Origin: Callorhinchus milii
Taxonomy: Eukaryota
Assembly (NCBI RefSeq): GCF_018977255.1
Contig: NW_024704742.1
Span: 47,060,001 to 47,124,000, forward strand
Direction of reading: 5' to 3'
DNA length: 64,000 bases
The notes under the pieces: model-generated
What the model was told of the DNA's origin: nothing
Seen by the model: only the letters and a program-made list of their open reading frames with translations
The model's database searches: none
Translations under genes and position numbers: made by a program
Shown here: positions 35,323 to 46,757 of the stretch, one piece after another
Layout: each line of letters starts with the position of its first letter
How positions within the stretch are numbered: position 1 is the stretch's first letter

Positions 35323-38300
35323 GCCTATGCCTGGCTTCAGGAAGAAATGGGGCCCGACTCTGATCCAGTCATAATTATGAGATTTTTGGGATCGACAGAG
35401 TTAAGTACAGACCTTAAAACCCTACTGCAAAGTCTCTGTGAGCAGATTGCCATCAACTACCGTTGCCTGATACACAACTATCCTCAGAAAATAAATGATC
35501 TGAGGGAATTATTCATAAACCTCCTGAATGAGTCTTCGTTCCATCGCCCATTGGTGTTAATATTCGATGCTCTGGAGCAGCTTCCTGACAGCGAAGAAGC
35601 CCGCAAGTTGTGGTGGCTTCCGATCCACTTGCCCCGCTCGGTGCGGGTGATATTGTCAACGCTGCCAAACAAGCACGGGATTCTGCAGAAGCTGAGGTCC
35701 CTGTTCCAGGATGATGAAAACTACATTGAACTGACTCAGAGGGATCGAAAGATGTGCAGCCAGCTTCTCAAGCAGCAACTCCTGCGAGTCAAAAGGAAGG
35801 TCACCTCGGGTCAGCAAATATATGTCAACGAAGCACTCTCAAAGTGCACCCTTCCCATGTTTGTTAACCTGATTTATCGAGAAGTCATGCAGTGGCGGTC
35901 ACATAAGGACGTGGATGATACTTCACTCTGCGTGACTGTACATGAAAATATTGAGCAACTCTTCCGGTCTCTAGAAGCCAAATGCGGCCCCAGGCTTGCC
36001 TCGAGGGCCCTTGGCTTCATCACGATTGCAAAATCGGGGTTGAGTGAAATGGAACTGGAAGATATCCTTTCACTTGACGGATATGTTCTGAATGAAATCA
36101 CAGCAACAGCTAAGCTTCAGAATCCACTGCGGATACCATATTATTTCATTGCAAGACTGAAGGAGGAGCTGCGTGGGTATTTGGTGGAGAGGCAGGTGCG
36201 AAGTGTCACACTCCTGGTGTGGGCAAACCGCCATCTTCACCTGATTGCTCAGAAACTGTACCTGCAGAATGAGGAAGACGTACACGAAATGCACAGCATT
36301 TTGGCAGATTACTTCTTAGGAGTCTGGTCTGGTGGACGCAAAATGTCATTCCACTCCGAGCACCCACAAAACCATATAAAATCTAAGGACATCAATGATC
36401 AGAACACCAATGAGGATAAAGAGCCTGACAAGAATATTTTTGACAGGCAAGTCCCTCAACAGCCTTGGGTTTTCCAGTGCAACTTGCTGGAGCCAGACAT
36501 CTTTTTTGTGAATCACAGGAAAATGACAGAACTTCTACATCATCTGACCAGAAGTGGGAGGACAGATGATCTTATGTATAGTGTCATCATGAATTTCAGC
36601 TGGCTGTATACAATGATCAAAATAGGTCATTTGGACAAAGTGCTTTCTGACATCGATCTGGCTTACAACTATTCGCAGGAGAAAGAGTTAAAATTTCTAG
36701 CAAGAACTCTTCGAGGGATAAAGTTAAAAGTTTCAAAGAACCCGAGTTCACTTTCTGCTGAATTACAGCAAAGGCTGTTGCCTGTTGTTAGCTCTTTACC
36801 GAAACTCAGACACCTTTTATTGGAGTGTGACAAAGACGGCCCAAAATACTGCTCAATTGTCCCATTGCATTCCTCGCTGGATGTGACCTACAGCCCTGAG
36901 CGTCTGACTCTGACCACGAGCTACATCCACGTCATTGAGGTGCTTCCCACCACCAGCCCCAATGTGATCATCGCTGCCCTGGGAAATGGCACCATCACCA
37001 CCTGGGACGTGGAATCACGACAGATCCTCAGGCAGATCACCACAGCAAACTCTGCTATCCTGGGGATGAAACTCACTCACGATGAAAAGTATCTGGTTGT
37101 GTCCACCACAAAGAATACATTGTTAATATACGACAATCAGAATTCATGCCTGTTATCGGAGGTGGAAATCAAAGGATCCAAGCACTGCATAATGGGAGGA
37201 GGTAGCTCGTTTATTAACGGTTTCACATTATCAATTAACCATGCTCTGGCGTGGCTGCAAGGCAGTAAAGATGTACACGTGATAGACTTAATTTATGGTT
37301 GGCCACTCTACCAGTTCCATTGCTGGTATGAAGTCACTTGTGTTCAATGCTCTCCAGATGGGGTTTATGCCTTCTGTGGACAATGCCTCAACACTACCAC
37401 TATTTTCCTCTTAGGCAGCGGCGAAAAGCTCTCGACAGTGACCTCAGAGTTTTCTGGAGGGTATGTGAAATCCCTACTCATCCTGGCTGCAGCACAAGAG
37501 ATGGTGATGATCGATAATGAAGGCAGTCTGTCGGTCTGGAACATAGACGAAATCACCAACCCTCAAATCATTGAGGATTTTAACTGTAGAGGGAAAGACA
37601 ATGAAGTGGTGAGCTTAGAACTGTCAGAAGACCAAAGTGCAATCCTCATCTGCAAGACATTCAGCATCGAAGTTCTGGACACCAGCATTTGGAAGGTGGC
37701 TGAAAAGTTCAAAGCTAAACGGAACGAACGTTTCATATCTGCGGTCCTCTCCAAAAATGGTGACTCTATCATTGCTTCAATGGAAGATATGTCATTGATA
37801 TTTGTGTGGAGGAGAGACACCGGCCAGTGTATGGCGAGTCTGCAGGAGCTCTCAGGAGCTATCATAAAGCTGGTCAAGTCAAACCAACACAACTTGTTGC
37901 TATCCTTGACAACCAATGGCACCCTTTCAGTTTGGGACATAGACATCATAACAGCCATCTCAAACATTGACAAGACAGGGAAGGCGATTCAAAGTCTCCT
38001 CTTACCGGGAAGAGGGGAATTGATTTACACAGTAGATGGTTCGGAGTCTGTCCACAAGTGGAATTTCAGCACAGGGTACATTGAGGCCGTATTCAAGCAT
38101 GAAGGCATTGTGGAAAACTGCGTGCTCACATCTTCTGGGGATCTGATGGTCACTTCAGACGACAAGGGCATCCAGTACGTCTGGCACACCATTACTGGCG
38201 ACAACATCTTCCGTATCAACGGGCAGCGGATATCCCAGCTGCTGATCACACACAACGATCAATTCGTGGTGTCTCTCTCAAACCAAAACGTGTCTCGAGT

Positions 38301-39252
38301 GTGGCGTCTGTCCACTGGCCACAAGGTGTGCAACATTCTGGTCCCGATGCAAAATGCCTTTATCACCTACCCCAATACGTTCATAATTGGTGTTTCAAAA
38401 AACAAGCTGCTGGCTGTCAGCCTGTGGACAGGAAGCGTAACCAAGAAATTCTGCTGTGACGATGGCACAACCATCGTCAATTTCAAGCTCATTCCCGATT
38501 CCCCAGACTATGTGGTTTTCATAACATCCTCCGAAACCCTCTTTGTTTGGAGTGTGGCGGAGGAAACAGTGTGCAGGCGAGTCCAGCTACCCAATAATTT
38601 CCTTAAAAACCTGGAAGATTTTCAGGTTTCTCCCAACGGCAAGCTGGGAATTCTTTCCCGGGGAGATGACAACATCAACATCATGGACCTGCACAATGGA
38701 AAGCTCCGGCTGGTTCCCGCCATGGGGACCATCTGGTGTCAGAAGCTATCACGGGACGGACGATACCTGGTGTACATTTGTTTTAGAAATGGCGTTGAGG
38801 ACGATGACAACGGAGCCGTGTCGAGCTTAATAGTGATCAGGCTCGCGGATGGGAAAAACATCGGCGCCTGCTCACTGTACAAAACCCCAGCTTTCCTCTG
38901 TCTTTCCCAACGGCACCTGAACATCATTATAGGTTTCGATGATGGCAGCATCGGGACCTACACTGTGGTGGATCGGGTCGATGCGGCCTTAAAGATTAAA
39001 ATTGCCACTTCAAACAGTCGGCAGATATTTAACAATTCCACTCAGCAGATGAGGCCCAGACGCGCATATTTTCCGTGCAAATTGGCCGCAGACTGTGTAT
39101 GGAGGGAGTCTACTGAGGTGTTTGCCAGGGATAGTCCAGTTACAGTGTCAGATTCCAGTGACACACCAGCCACAACTCCTACCAAAAAACAGTCCCACCT
39201 CTTCGATAAACCAGGTTCTGCATTGCAATTAGACTTCGACACAGATAGCTAA
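35323..39252 (+). CDS. NWD2: NWD2 terminal coding exon 7 (3930 bp including TAA): rest of the NACHT domain, helical region and WD40 repeats
   Basis: Acceptor catatttcag|GCC. The exon begins AYAWLQEE, in frame with ORF 35347-39252. Walker B-like LVLIFDALE at ~35551-35577. WD40 repeat ends include GTITTWD, GSLSVWN, GTLSVWD, VHKWN and SRVWR. The C-terminal RESTEVFARDSP matches recalled NWD2. Confidence 0.97.
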   Translation, partial: AYAWLQEEMGPDSDPVIIMRFLGSTELSTDLKTLLQSLCEQIAINYRCLIHNYPQKINDLRELFINLLNESSFHRPLVLIFDALEQLPDSEEARKLWWLPIHLPRSVRVILSTLPNKHGILQKLRSLFQDDENYIELTQRDRKMCSQLLKQQLLRVKRKVTSGQQIYVNEALSKCTLPMFVNLIYREVMQWRSHKDVDDTSLCVTVHENIEQLFRSLEAKCGPRLASRALGFITIAKSGLSEMELEDILSLDGYVLNEITATAKLQNPLRIPYYFIARLKEELRGYLVERQVRSVTLLVWANRHLHLIAQKLYLQNEEDVHEMHSILADYFLGVWSGGRKMSFHSEHPQNHIKSKDINDQNTNEDKEPDKNIFDRQVPQQPWVFQCNLLEPDIFFVNHRKMTELLHHLTRSGRTDDLMYSVIMNFSWLYTMIKIGHLDKVLSDIDLAYNYSQEKELKFLARTLRGIKLKVSKNPSSLSAELQQRLLPVVSSLPKLRHLLLECDKDGPKYCSIVPLHSSLDVTYSPERLTLTTSYIHVIEVLPTTSPNVIIAALGNGTITTWDVESRQILRQITTANSAILGMKLTHDEKYLVVSTTKNTLLIYDNQNSCLLSEVEIKGSKHCIMGGGSSFINGFTLSINHALAWLQGSKDVHVIDLIYGWPLYQFHCWYEVTCVQCSPDGVYAFCGQCLNTTTIFLLGSGEKLSTVTSEFSGGYVKSLLILAAAQEMVMIDNEGSLSVWNIDEITNPQIIEDFNCRGKDNEVVSLELSEDQSAILICKTFSIEVLDTSIWKVAEKFKAKRNERFISAVLSKNGDSIIASMEDMSLIFVWRRDTGQCMASLQELSGAIIKLVKSNQHNLLLSLTTNGTLSVWDIDIITAISNIDKTGKAIQSLLLPGRGELIYTVDGSESVHKWNFSTGYIEAVFKHEGIVENCVLTSSGDLMVTSDDKGIQYVWHTITGDNIFRINGQRISQLLITHNDQFVVSLSNQNVSRVWRLSTGHKVCNILVPMQNAFITYPNTFIIGVSKNKLLAVSLWTGSVTKKFCCDDGTTIVNFKLIPDSPDYVVFITSSETLFVWSVAEETVCRRVQLPNNFLKNLEDFQVSPNGKLGILSRGDDNINIMDLHNGKLRLVPAMGTIWCQKLSRDGRYLVYICFRNGVEDDDNGAVSSLIVIRLADGKNIGACSLYKTPAFLCLSQRHLNIIIGFDDGSIGTYTVVDRVDAALKIKIATSNSRQIFNNSTQQMRPRRAYFPCKLAADCVWRESTEVFARDSPVTVSDSSDTPATTPTKKQSHLFDKPGSALQLDFDTDS

Positions 39253-40313
39253 GCCATTTTTTGTGTGAGCCCAAAACAACAAAAGTATCACAGAAAAATA
39301 TTTTAATATATTGAGCATCATTTTGACAAGGCGCTCGAAAATTTTTCTTTTCTGCTCTTTTCCTGGTATTATTCTGATAAAGGAGAACGCTGCCCTATTT
39401 CAAGAGGAACGATTCCTTGGAATGAAGTAATTTTTTTTATTCCTTGCCTTTCACAGTTATTTACTGTGAATATTTATCACTGTTTCTTATTCCCCTGGTC
39501 AGAGGCTGTTATATTTTCTTATTCGTATTGGGCTCCAATTTGCTTCATTTCTTATGGGATTCATTAATAAGGAATTCTGTTAGAATTCATGTTGACTTGT
39601 GGGAATTCCATTTGGGAAATAGATTATAGCAGAGCTGAAATCTTGCAGGTCAGTGGTAACTCTTGATTCCTCAACCGTGCTCACCTGCCAAGGACAGAAA
39701 AGTGATCGATGATCAGAGAAACACCTCCTTATAAAGATGCTACTTAATTTTCCTTCAATTCTCAATAAATGTTATGGGAACTAAATAGATTAAATGAATG
39801 AGACTCAGACTCTCTGACCAGAGGAAGAAGAAGCACTCAGAAGTCTTTCTTGCATTTCACTGAGTGACTTGACCAATGGTCAATCGTGGTGAGAAAGTCC
39901 CATTCTAAGAACATATTGGGGTCTAGAATGCGATATTCCCCGGTTTGAATTAATTATGATTTCCAGATTGTGGAATTCACGGTATGATCCGTCAACAGCA
40001 AATTGCTGATTCCAAACCAACAAAGTCCCCCCAAAAAGGCCAAAGAGCCATAAAGTAGACTTTGCTAGTTTGAAATTCACAATTCGCTGTTTGCATAATC
40101 CACAATCCAATTGTCCCAATATTAATTTTGTTATTTCTAGCTCAATAAATCCAGTTTGGCAATTCAGGCATCGCATTTTATGGTCATTAAAATCATTCAA
40201 GTCACTGCATTCAGTAACAGGCAAAATCTGATCTCCCCCAATCTCCTGCCAGTTCTTAATTGTAAATAACAGTGAGTAACGACTTTAGAGTCAGTTCTTT
40301 TTTATACAATAAA
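39253..40313 (+). other. Proximal NWD2 3' UTR with candidate polyadenylation signals
   Basis: Unique AT-rich sequence after the stop codon; AATAAA at 39764-39769, 40144-40149 and 40308-40313. The true 3' end cannot be determined from sequence alone. Confidence 0.5.
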
Positions 40314-42019
40314 TAATTTTATTTATTTATTTATTTATTTTTTTTACAGATTACGTCAGTTTACACACAAACACAATGGTGGAGTGTGTGTCCCCTACTA
40401 TGTGCAGCTCTGCTGCGGTGACATCCAGTTCATAACTTCAGTTCACAGATCTTCACCAGCAAGGCCGTTTCCTGAAGTGCATTCTCCTGTAGGGTAACAT
40501 TAGGGACAGTTTGTGCTGTAACAGTTCCAAAGATTTTTTGGCTCAAAAAAAAACACTTATTTGTTATTCATTCTGTTAACCAATACTCTATGGCAAAGTT
40601 ACAAAGGAAACTCTAAGTAATGGTATTTGTAGATCAGTAATTTCTAGATTTGGTCAAATTACATAGTCTGGTATGACTCGCCTACCTTTATTTCCTGCTC
40701 AGATTATTTTACCTTTTTAAAAGCGCTGTTTTCTTTTCAAAATACTTTCAAAATGTTTACCAAATAATTGAGTGATATCATCACAGCCTGTATTTTTGTA
40801 TATAAATATAAGGAAAAATTAAGTGATTGATATTAAAACTACCGGGGAAATGTCCAGACAGATTTCAAGAGAGAATCTTTTAATCCCAAAGGCTCTTTTG
40901 CCATAACCTTTACTGAATAACTATCTATTTTAAATGTCCCTAATAGATCCAACCACTACAGCTTTATGGGGCAGAGCATTCCACACCTTCACAACCCACT
41001 GTGTGAAGAAATGCTTCCTGACCTCTTTTCTAACTGTCTCAGGTCTGATTTTCAGGCTGTATTTGATTGTAATGGATCCCTCTACCAGCCGTAGAGAAAC
41101 CCCGAAACACTGTGTTCTGCAGATAGAAATAACAATGGTCAGGATTTGTTCACACTCAAACCATTTGATTATGCAGATTGTTCAGGATGTTCAGCAATGT
41201 GACGATTATCACATCATACATCGCAGTTTGCAATCCCATAGTCACATATAGTAGAGGAAAGTGTTTGTGAGGAAATTGATCAAATGTATTGCTTCCTAAA
41301 TACAGTCATCATGAAAAACAACTTCAACCACAGCATTCAGTTTCTCCACTGGACATCATTCCAAGGTTGAGAAAAAACTACCTAAAAAGTTTGATTACAC
41401 TAGCTGTACTTTTTGGAATCAATTACACCATGAAAAAGCATTATGTATAAATTCTGAACAAGCTTTTCAGTGAAACTAACTGGAGTGTGTTAAGAAAGCG
41501 AACTTGCATTTAACATGGAGAGGAAACCATTCACATGTTCAGCTCATATTATGGTAGTCAACACGATAGATGCATCCGCAGTCACCCTCCATGAGACAAA
41601 CTCAACAGAAACAATTGTGTAACACAAAAAATTCACAAAGAAAGCAAAATTATTTATGTCCTAAATATAACAGGAAGAATTTTGCCATTTAGCATCAATT
41701 TGAACACTGATGTGAATTGCAACACAAACACAAATTACAAATAGTGACAATTGCCTTTGCATCCTCATTGTGTGAGGCTTTGAGACCACTAGCGGAGAAG
41801 GTACATATACCTCAAAAATACTATGTTTAGAATAGTTACAGACGTATTGACTTGGTCCGAAATTGATATCAGACCACTCAAGCATATGCAAGAACAAAGC
41901 CAATAAAGGAAACTTCATGAAAATCTATTATTATTCCCCAATTTATAGTCTTGCCTACTCCACTCCCTTTGGGAGACCTAAATTTCGGTACTCCTAGGAC
42001 TCTGCTTTGACACTGTTAC

Positions 42020-42510
42020 TATTCATGGCATATTCCCTTTTTTTACCACCTCACATTTTTCTGCATTGAATTCCATTTTCCACTTCTGCTAATATATCTA
42101 TGTCCTCCATAGTCTTCTGTGTTCCTCCTCGCAGTTTGCCATGCCCCCTAATGTGGTATCATTAGTACATTTCAACAAATGGCCCTAGGCTTAAATTCAG
42201 ATAATTTATACATACAGAAAATAAGATGACCCCTGAGGTGTACCACATAATACTATGTACACAACATAGTACAGTATTTGCCTTCACATTTACATAGAGC
42301 GAATGTACAGCATGGAAATAGGCCATTCAGATCGGCTGTGCTGGTGTTTATACTCCACCCACTGCATATTTCTTCCCAAACTCTCATTATTCTTCTCTTT
42401 TATATGTATATCTTGCTTCCTCTTAAATGCTTCTTTAGTATCTGCTCAACCACCACTTTGAGCACCGAGTTCCACCTTCTCATTGTCCTTTGCATGAAGT
42501 AGTTCCTCTG
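42020..42510 (-). mobile_element. CR1 fragments (RT remnant ~42020-42260; 3' tail ~42290-42510)
   Basis: tttctgcattgaattccattttccac...cctaatgtggtatcatt (degenerate CR1 RT) and acagcatggaaataggccattcag...ctgtgctggtgttta (tail). Confidence 0.6.
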
Positions 42511-43509
42511 AAATTCTCTGAAACTACAGACAAATACAGAAGAGAAAGACCATAATGAATTCATTCTAAGACTGTGGTTTTGAAAGATATGCAGAAGAAC
42601 ATTGTTATTTGTGTTTACAACTTCAAAACATCTCAAAGCACTTCACAGAAAATGTGTAGTGACTGTTATCGTAGGAGTACTTACGCAAAGACAAGTGGCT
42701 GGTAATTCTCTTCTAATCACTTTTATCTTCCATATTTTCAAGCAGTTTAAGTGGATAAACTATAAGAAAATAAGAAACAGCTATGAAGATAAGAAACCCT
42801 AAGAATCCATTTCAGCCATGAGTTTAATGCAAATCAATTATATTCTTTATCACTATCATTAAGTGTTAATAAAATTGTCTTTTACCAGGGTTCCCAACAA
42901 TATTCAGTTCTATTTATCATTCTGCTTGACACTGCTAGGCTTTCCCTAACAGCTGCTAACCTCTCTCATTACAGTTGCTCAGTTTAAATGTGTAACCCAT
43001 CATATAAGAATAGGGGATTTTACTCATTTCTAACTGCTGACTAAAAATATTCTCATGTAATAGCAAGAAAGCGATTTATTGAAAACTATCTTGTATATAT
43101 TATACTGCAGTAAGTGATTCTTTCAGAAATCATACTAGGAATACGTGACTTACTAAAATATTTTAGATGGTTGTCAAGTTTCTGTATCCAGTAACATTTA
43201 ACTCCCCGAATAGACATTCTGATCCTGCCTCTGTATCTTACTTTTTATCTGTCTAATTCCTTGAGCCAGAATAACACAAGTGAAATACTTCAGAAATCTG
43301 CACCACATCTTATGAGCTATTTCTCTGAAATCCACAATTGGTCTGGTAACACGGAAACAGGAAAAGAGAAACGAGGAAGCTATTCAGCCCATTGAACCTA
43401 TTCCATTATCGTATTATACAGTACAATACAATTTACACCTACGTAGCGCCTTTCACATCAGGAGGACATCCCAAAGTTCTGGATTATTCTGGCTGAGGAG
43501 GGTGGTTTA

Positions 43510-44224
43510 AATGTCCTTTCTCCCCCACAGCCGCGCCATGACCGACACTGCCTACCACCACCTCCGCAACATTGCCAGACTCCGCCACTGCCTCACCCCT
43601 CAGGCTGCCGAAACCCTCATCCACGCATTTGTCACCTCAAAGCTTGATTATCGAAATTCCCTCATCGGCCTTTCCAACTCTTCCCTCCACAAGCTGCAGA
43701 TCATCCAAAACTCTGCAGCTCGTGTACTCTCACGCACCAGGCTCCGTGACCCCATCACTCCCACCCTCGCCCGACTCCACTGGCTCCACATCCCTCAGAG
43801 GATCGAGTTCAAGATCCTCGTCCTCACTTTCAAGGCCATCCATGGCCTTGTCCCCTCCTACCTCTCTGACCTGCTGACTCCCTACCAACCTGCCCGCTCC
43901 CTCCGTTCATCGGGCTCCGGCCTGCTCCATGTCTCCCGCCCGACCCGCCCTACCATCGGTGGCCGGGCTTTCAGCCTCTCTGCCCCCACACTCTGGAACT
44001 CCATCCCACAGTCCCTTCACCTCGCTTCCTCCCTTGCCTCCTTCAAGGCCGGTCTCAAGACCCTCCTCTTCGATCATGCCTTCAGTCGCCCTACCACCTC
44101 TCTGCCTTCCCTCACCCCTACCCCACCCTTCCCCAATGCTTGGGTCCTGATCCCTGACTGTCCAGCGCCTTGGGACGTCCTCCCTACATGAAAGGCGCTC
44201 TATAAATGCAATTTTGTTGTTGTT
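43510..44224 (+). mobile_element. Young L2 LINE 3' end with an uninterrupted ORF2 C-terminus
   Basis: ORF 43511-44191 (HLRNIARLR...SKLDY...LQIIQNSAARVL...LHWL...RIEFKIL...GGRAFS...APTLWNSIP...FKAGLKT) and tail ccagcgccttgggacgtcc...aaaggcgc(ttg)n. Confidence 0.95.
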
Positions 44225-44610
44225 GGGGGGAGGAAGGAAAGATAACCAAAAGCACAGTCATTAAAAGGAGTAGAAACAACCTTTAAAATAAAAATGTATG
44301 GAGACATGCTTTGAAAGAAAGAAAAGAGGGAACAAGTCGGAGGGGACCCGGGAATGGAAATCCCACCCATTGATGGTTGAGTGGATAGAGCTGGGGAAGT
44401 GGTGTAGGCCAGTGTTGGCTGAGTAAAAGGAACAGCTAGGGTGGAATAGGTGAAGGATGTTGCAGAAGTAGCATGGGAGAGGCCATGGAGGGATTTCAGT
44501 GCGGATTATTATATCTTTACAGATCTTTTAATCCCTTTCATCATATCCTTCAATACCTCCTTAACCCAAGTATTCGTTGATCTCCTTTTTAAACATCTCT
44601 ATCGATTTCA

Positions 44611-44766
44611 TCTCTACAGCTGAGCATTCTGCATCTTCCCAACTCTCCATGTGAAGGGATGCTTCCTGACCTCATTTCTAGTTGTGATTTTATACCCTTG
44701 TATTTGATCCCATATACAAGTCGTCTATGGAGGGTTGGGAAGATGCAGAATTCTCAGCTGTAGAGA
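44611..44766. repeat. Inverted repeat with 40-bp arms (38/40 identical) and a 76-bp spacer
   Basis: 44611-44650 tctctacagctgagcattctgcatcttcccaactctccat versus the reverse complement of 44727-44766, tctctacagctgagaattctgcatcttcccaaccctccat. Confidence 0.9.
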
Positions 44767-44768
44767 AA

Positions 44769-45332
44769 TGCTGTGCGCAATTGGCTGCTGCGTTTCACCC
44801 ACAAAATATACAGTCAATTTACAGTATATTCAGTGAAGCACTTTGAGACATCTCAAAGACGTGATAAGGCGCTATATCAAATGCAAAGATTATTATTGTA
44901 CTACATATATATATATATAACGATCAAGCATTCAACTTTCAGAAAATGCTTTAACATTACAGTCTCCCTCGTAGAGTTTTGTTCAGAGAGGACAAATTGA
45001 ACATAATTTTATTGTGTGTCAGCCTGGCTCAGTGGTAGCACTTTCGCCTACAAGTCAGAAGGTTTTGGGTTCAAGCTCCATATCGGAACTTGGATTGTCA
45101 CTTGGCCAACAATCCTCAAAATAAAATTGGTCATAGCTGTTTGTCGGACATTATGTTTGCTGTATAGCTGTTTATGGGACATTGCTGTACGCAAATTGGC
45201 TGCCACATTTCTCCCACAAAATCCACAGTCAGTCCACTTGACAGTATATCCTGTGAAGCACTTTGAGATATCTTGATGATGTGATAAGGCTTTATATCAA
45301 ATGCAAGAATTATTGTTGTTATTATTATTATT
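44769..45332 (+). mobile_element. Two tandem SINE pieces: a shared tail (~44769-44900) and a Deu-type head joined directly to the shared tail (~45016-45332)
   Basis: gtgtcagcctggctcagtggtagcactttcgcc...gtcagaaggttttgggttcaagc runs directly into tggccaacaatcc... and the tail; no Deu core between them. Confidence 0.75.
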
Positions 45333-46489
45333 GATTGAATGGTAAATCCTGCAGGTTTTTGCTTTCTCCTGTGAAATTGATGGTATTGTACAGAACATGT
45401 TTTGGTAAATGTGTTTTTTGTGATTTTCTGGTAAGGATTTTAAACCATTATCCATTACAAAAAGAAACCTGACTTCATGTATCATTGTTCTGAGTACTAT
45501 ATCTGTACACAGTGGAAGTAACAGCAGAATACAGTGGACCCATTCAACACATTGAATGAACAGGGTGCGGCACGACTCCAAACCAGTACATGACCTGATC
45601 AGTTTTAAGACTATTTGACTGACAGCTACACACCACAGACTGCACCAGTGAAATGAACCAGCCTCATCTTTATAGAAGTGAGAACCCCATATAAACACTG
45701 AGATTAAAAAAATCTGTCTGAAGTGAGAATGCTTTCAGGAACTTACATCAGATGCCAGGCACCAATTATTCATCTCCTGACAACCAAGGCAAATCATAAG
45801 CATGATCAATGCTGGACAATGGTGCAGTCACTACGTGTCCTTGGCATACAGTCTCTGCCACCAGACTGAAATTCTGACCACCGTAATGTGTTGCGACGTT
45901 TGCCGTTGTAGAATTATAATGGGTCTTCATTGACTGAGCTCATCCCTTTCAAGGCCAGCATTACCGATACCATTAGGAGTAATGCCAACCAGAATTTCAG
46001 TCCACAGAAAACTTCAAAAGCCTTCACTGGTAAATCATGCATCATTTGACTTAATTGCAGAGTTGTTGTATCCTTTGTTGTGAGCTTTAGCAATCCAAAA
46101 CAGCAAACTGTGCAGCTACATATCACAATTCTAGTCCTCGTTAAAAATTAAAATTGCAGCAGTTTGTTATTTCAGGAGTACGCACGCTCTTCTGGTTTTT
46201 ATGGTTCAATGCGGTTTTCCGAGTTTGTCTCCATCCTGGGTACAGTGAAAATATATGTGGAGCAAATTTATTTCAGTTGTTTAGAAACTACAGTTGTGAG
46301 CACAACGCCGTCTCAACTCTTTGACAGCTGTGTGCATAGGAGCCGATGTTTTATTGACCAATAAATATTGTACTTGTTCCAGAATCTTGAGATCTATCAT
46401 AGATAAATTGGTCTAATTTATAACGTATAATTTAATACAGTAACTGGTGTATAATCGCTTCTTGCTATCTTTGGGAACTGCATCAATGG

Positions 46490-46757
46490 CCCAATGGGGA
46501 AAATCAGAGATTGCAAGTTTGCATCTTCGTCTGTGATTAGTTGCCTGATCTCAGCTTCAGTGATGAAACCAGATTAGGGTAAATAGAGATCAGTCAGTAT
46601 CTTCTCTCCTTCTCCCACTCCACCATTGGATTACAAACAACTGACTAGGAAAGCGTACATTTGCAGATGTTAAACATGTAACCTATCCACCATCAAATAG
46701 CTTGTCAACACTCAGTGTCCATGCTCACATATGAAGAATGCAACTTGGACCAGGTAC
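46490..46757 (+). mobile_element. Old SINE, AmnSINE2-like
   Basis: ctgatctcagc...atcaaatagcttgtcaacactcagtgtccatgctcacatatgaagaatgcaacttggaccaggtac resembles the recalled consensus 3' part. Confidence 0.55.

Noticed and set aside
35484..39242. Antisense and alternative-frame ORFs of 60-136 aa within exon 7
   Set aside because: Shadow ORFs of a long coding exon, with no recognisable motifs.
35347..39252. 1301-aa ORF as a stand-alone intronless gene
   Set aside because: It lacks Walker A, which is in exon 6. An in-phase acceptor 24 nt upstream makes the ATG an internal Met.
45297..45698. 133-aa minus-strand ORF
   Set aside because: No recognisable homology, and it ends in a SINE (tta)n tail read as poly-Asn. 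Likely spurious.
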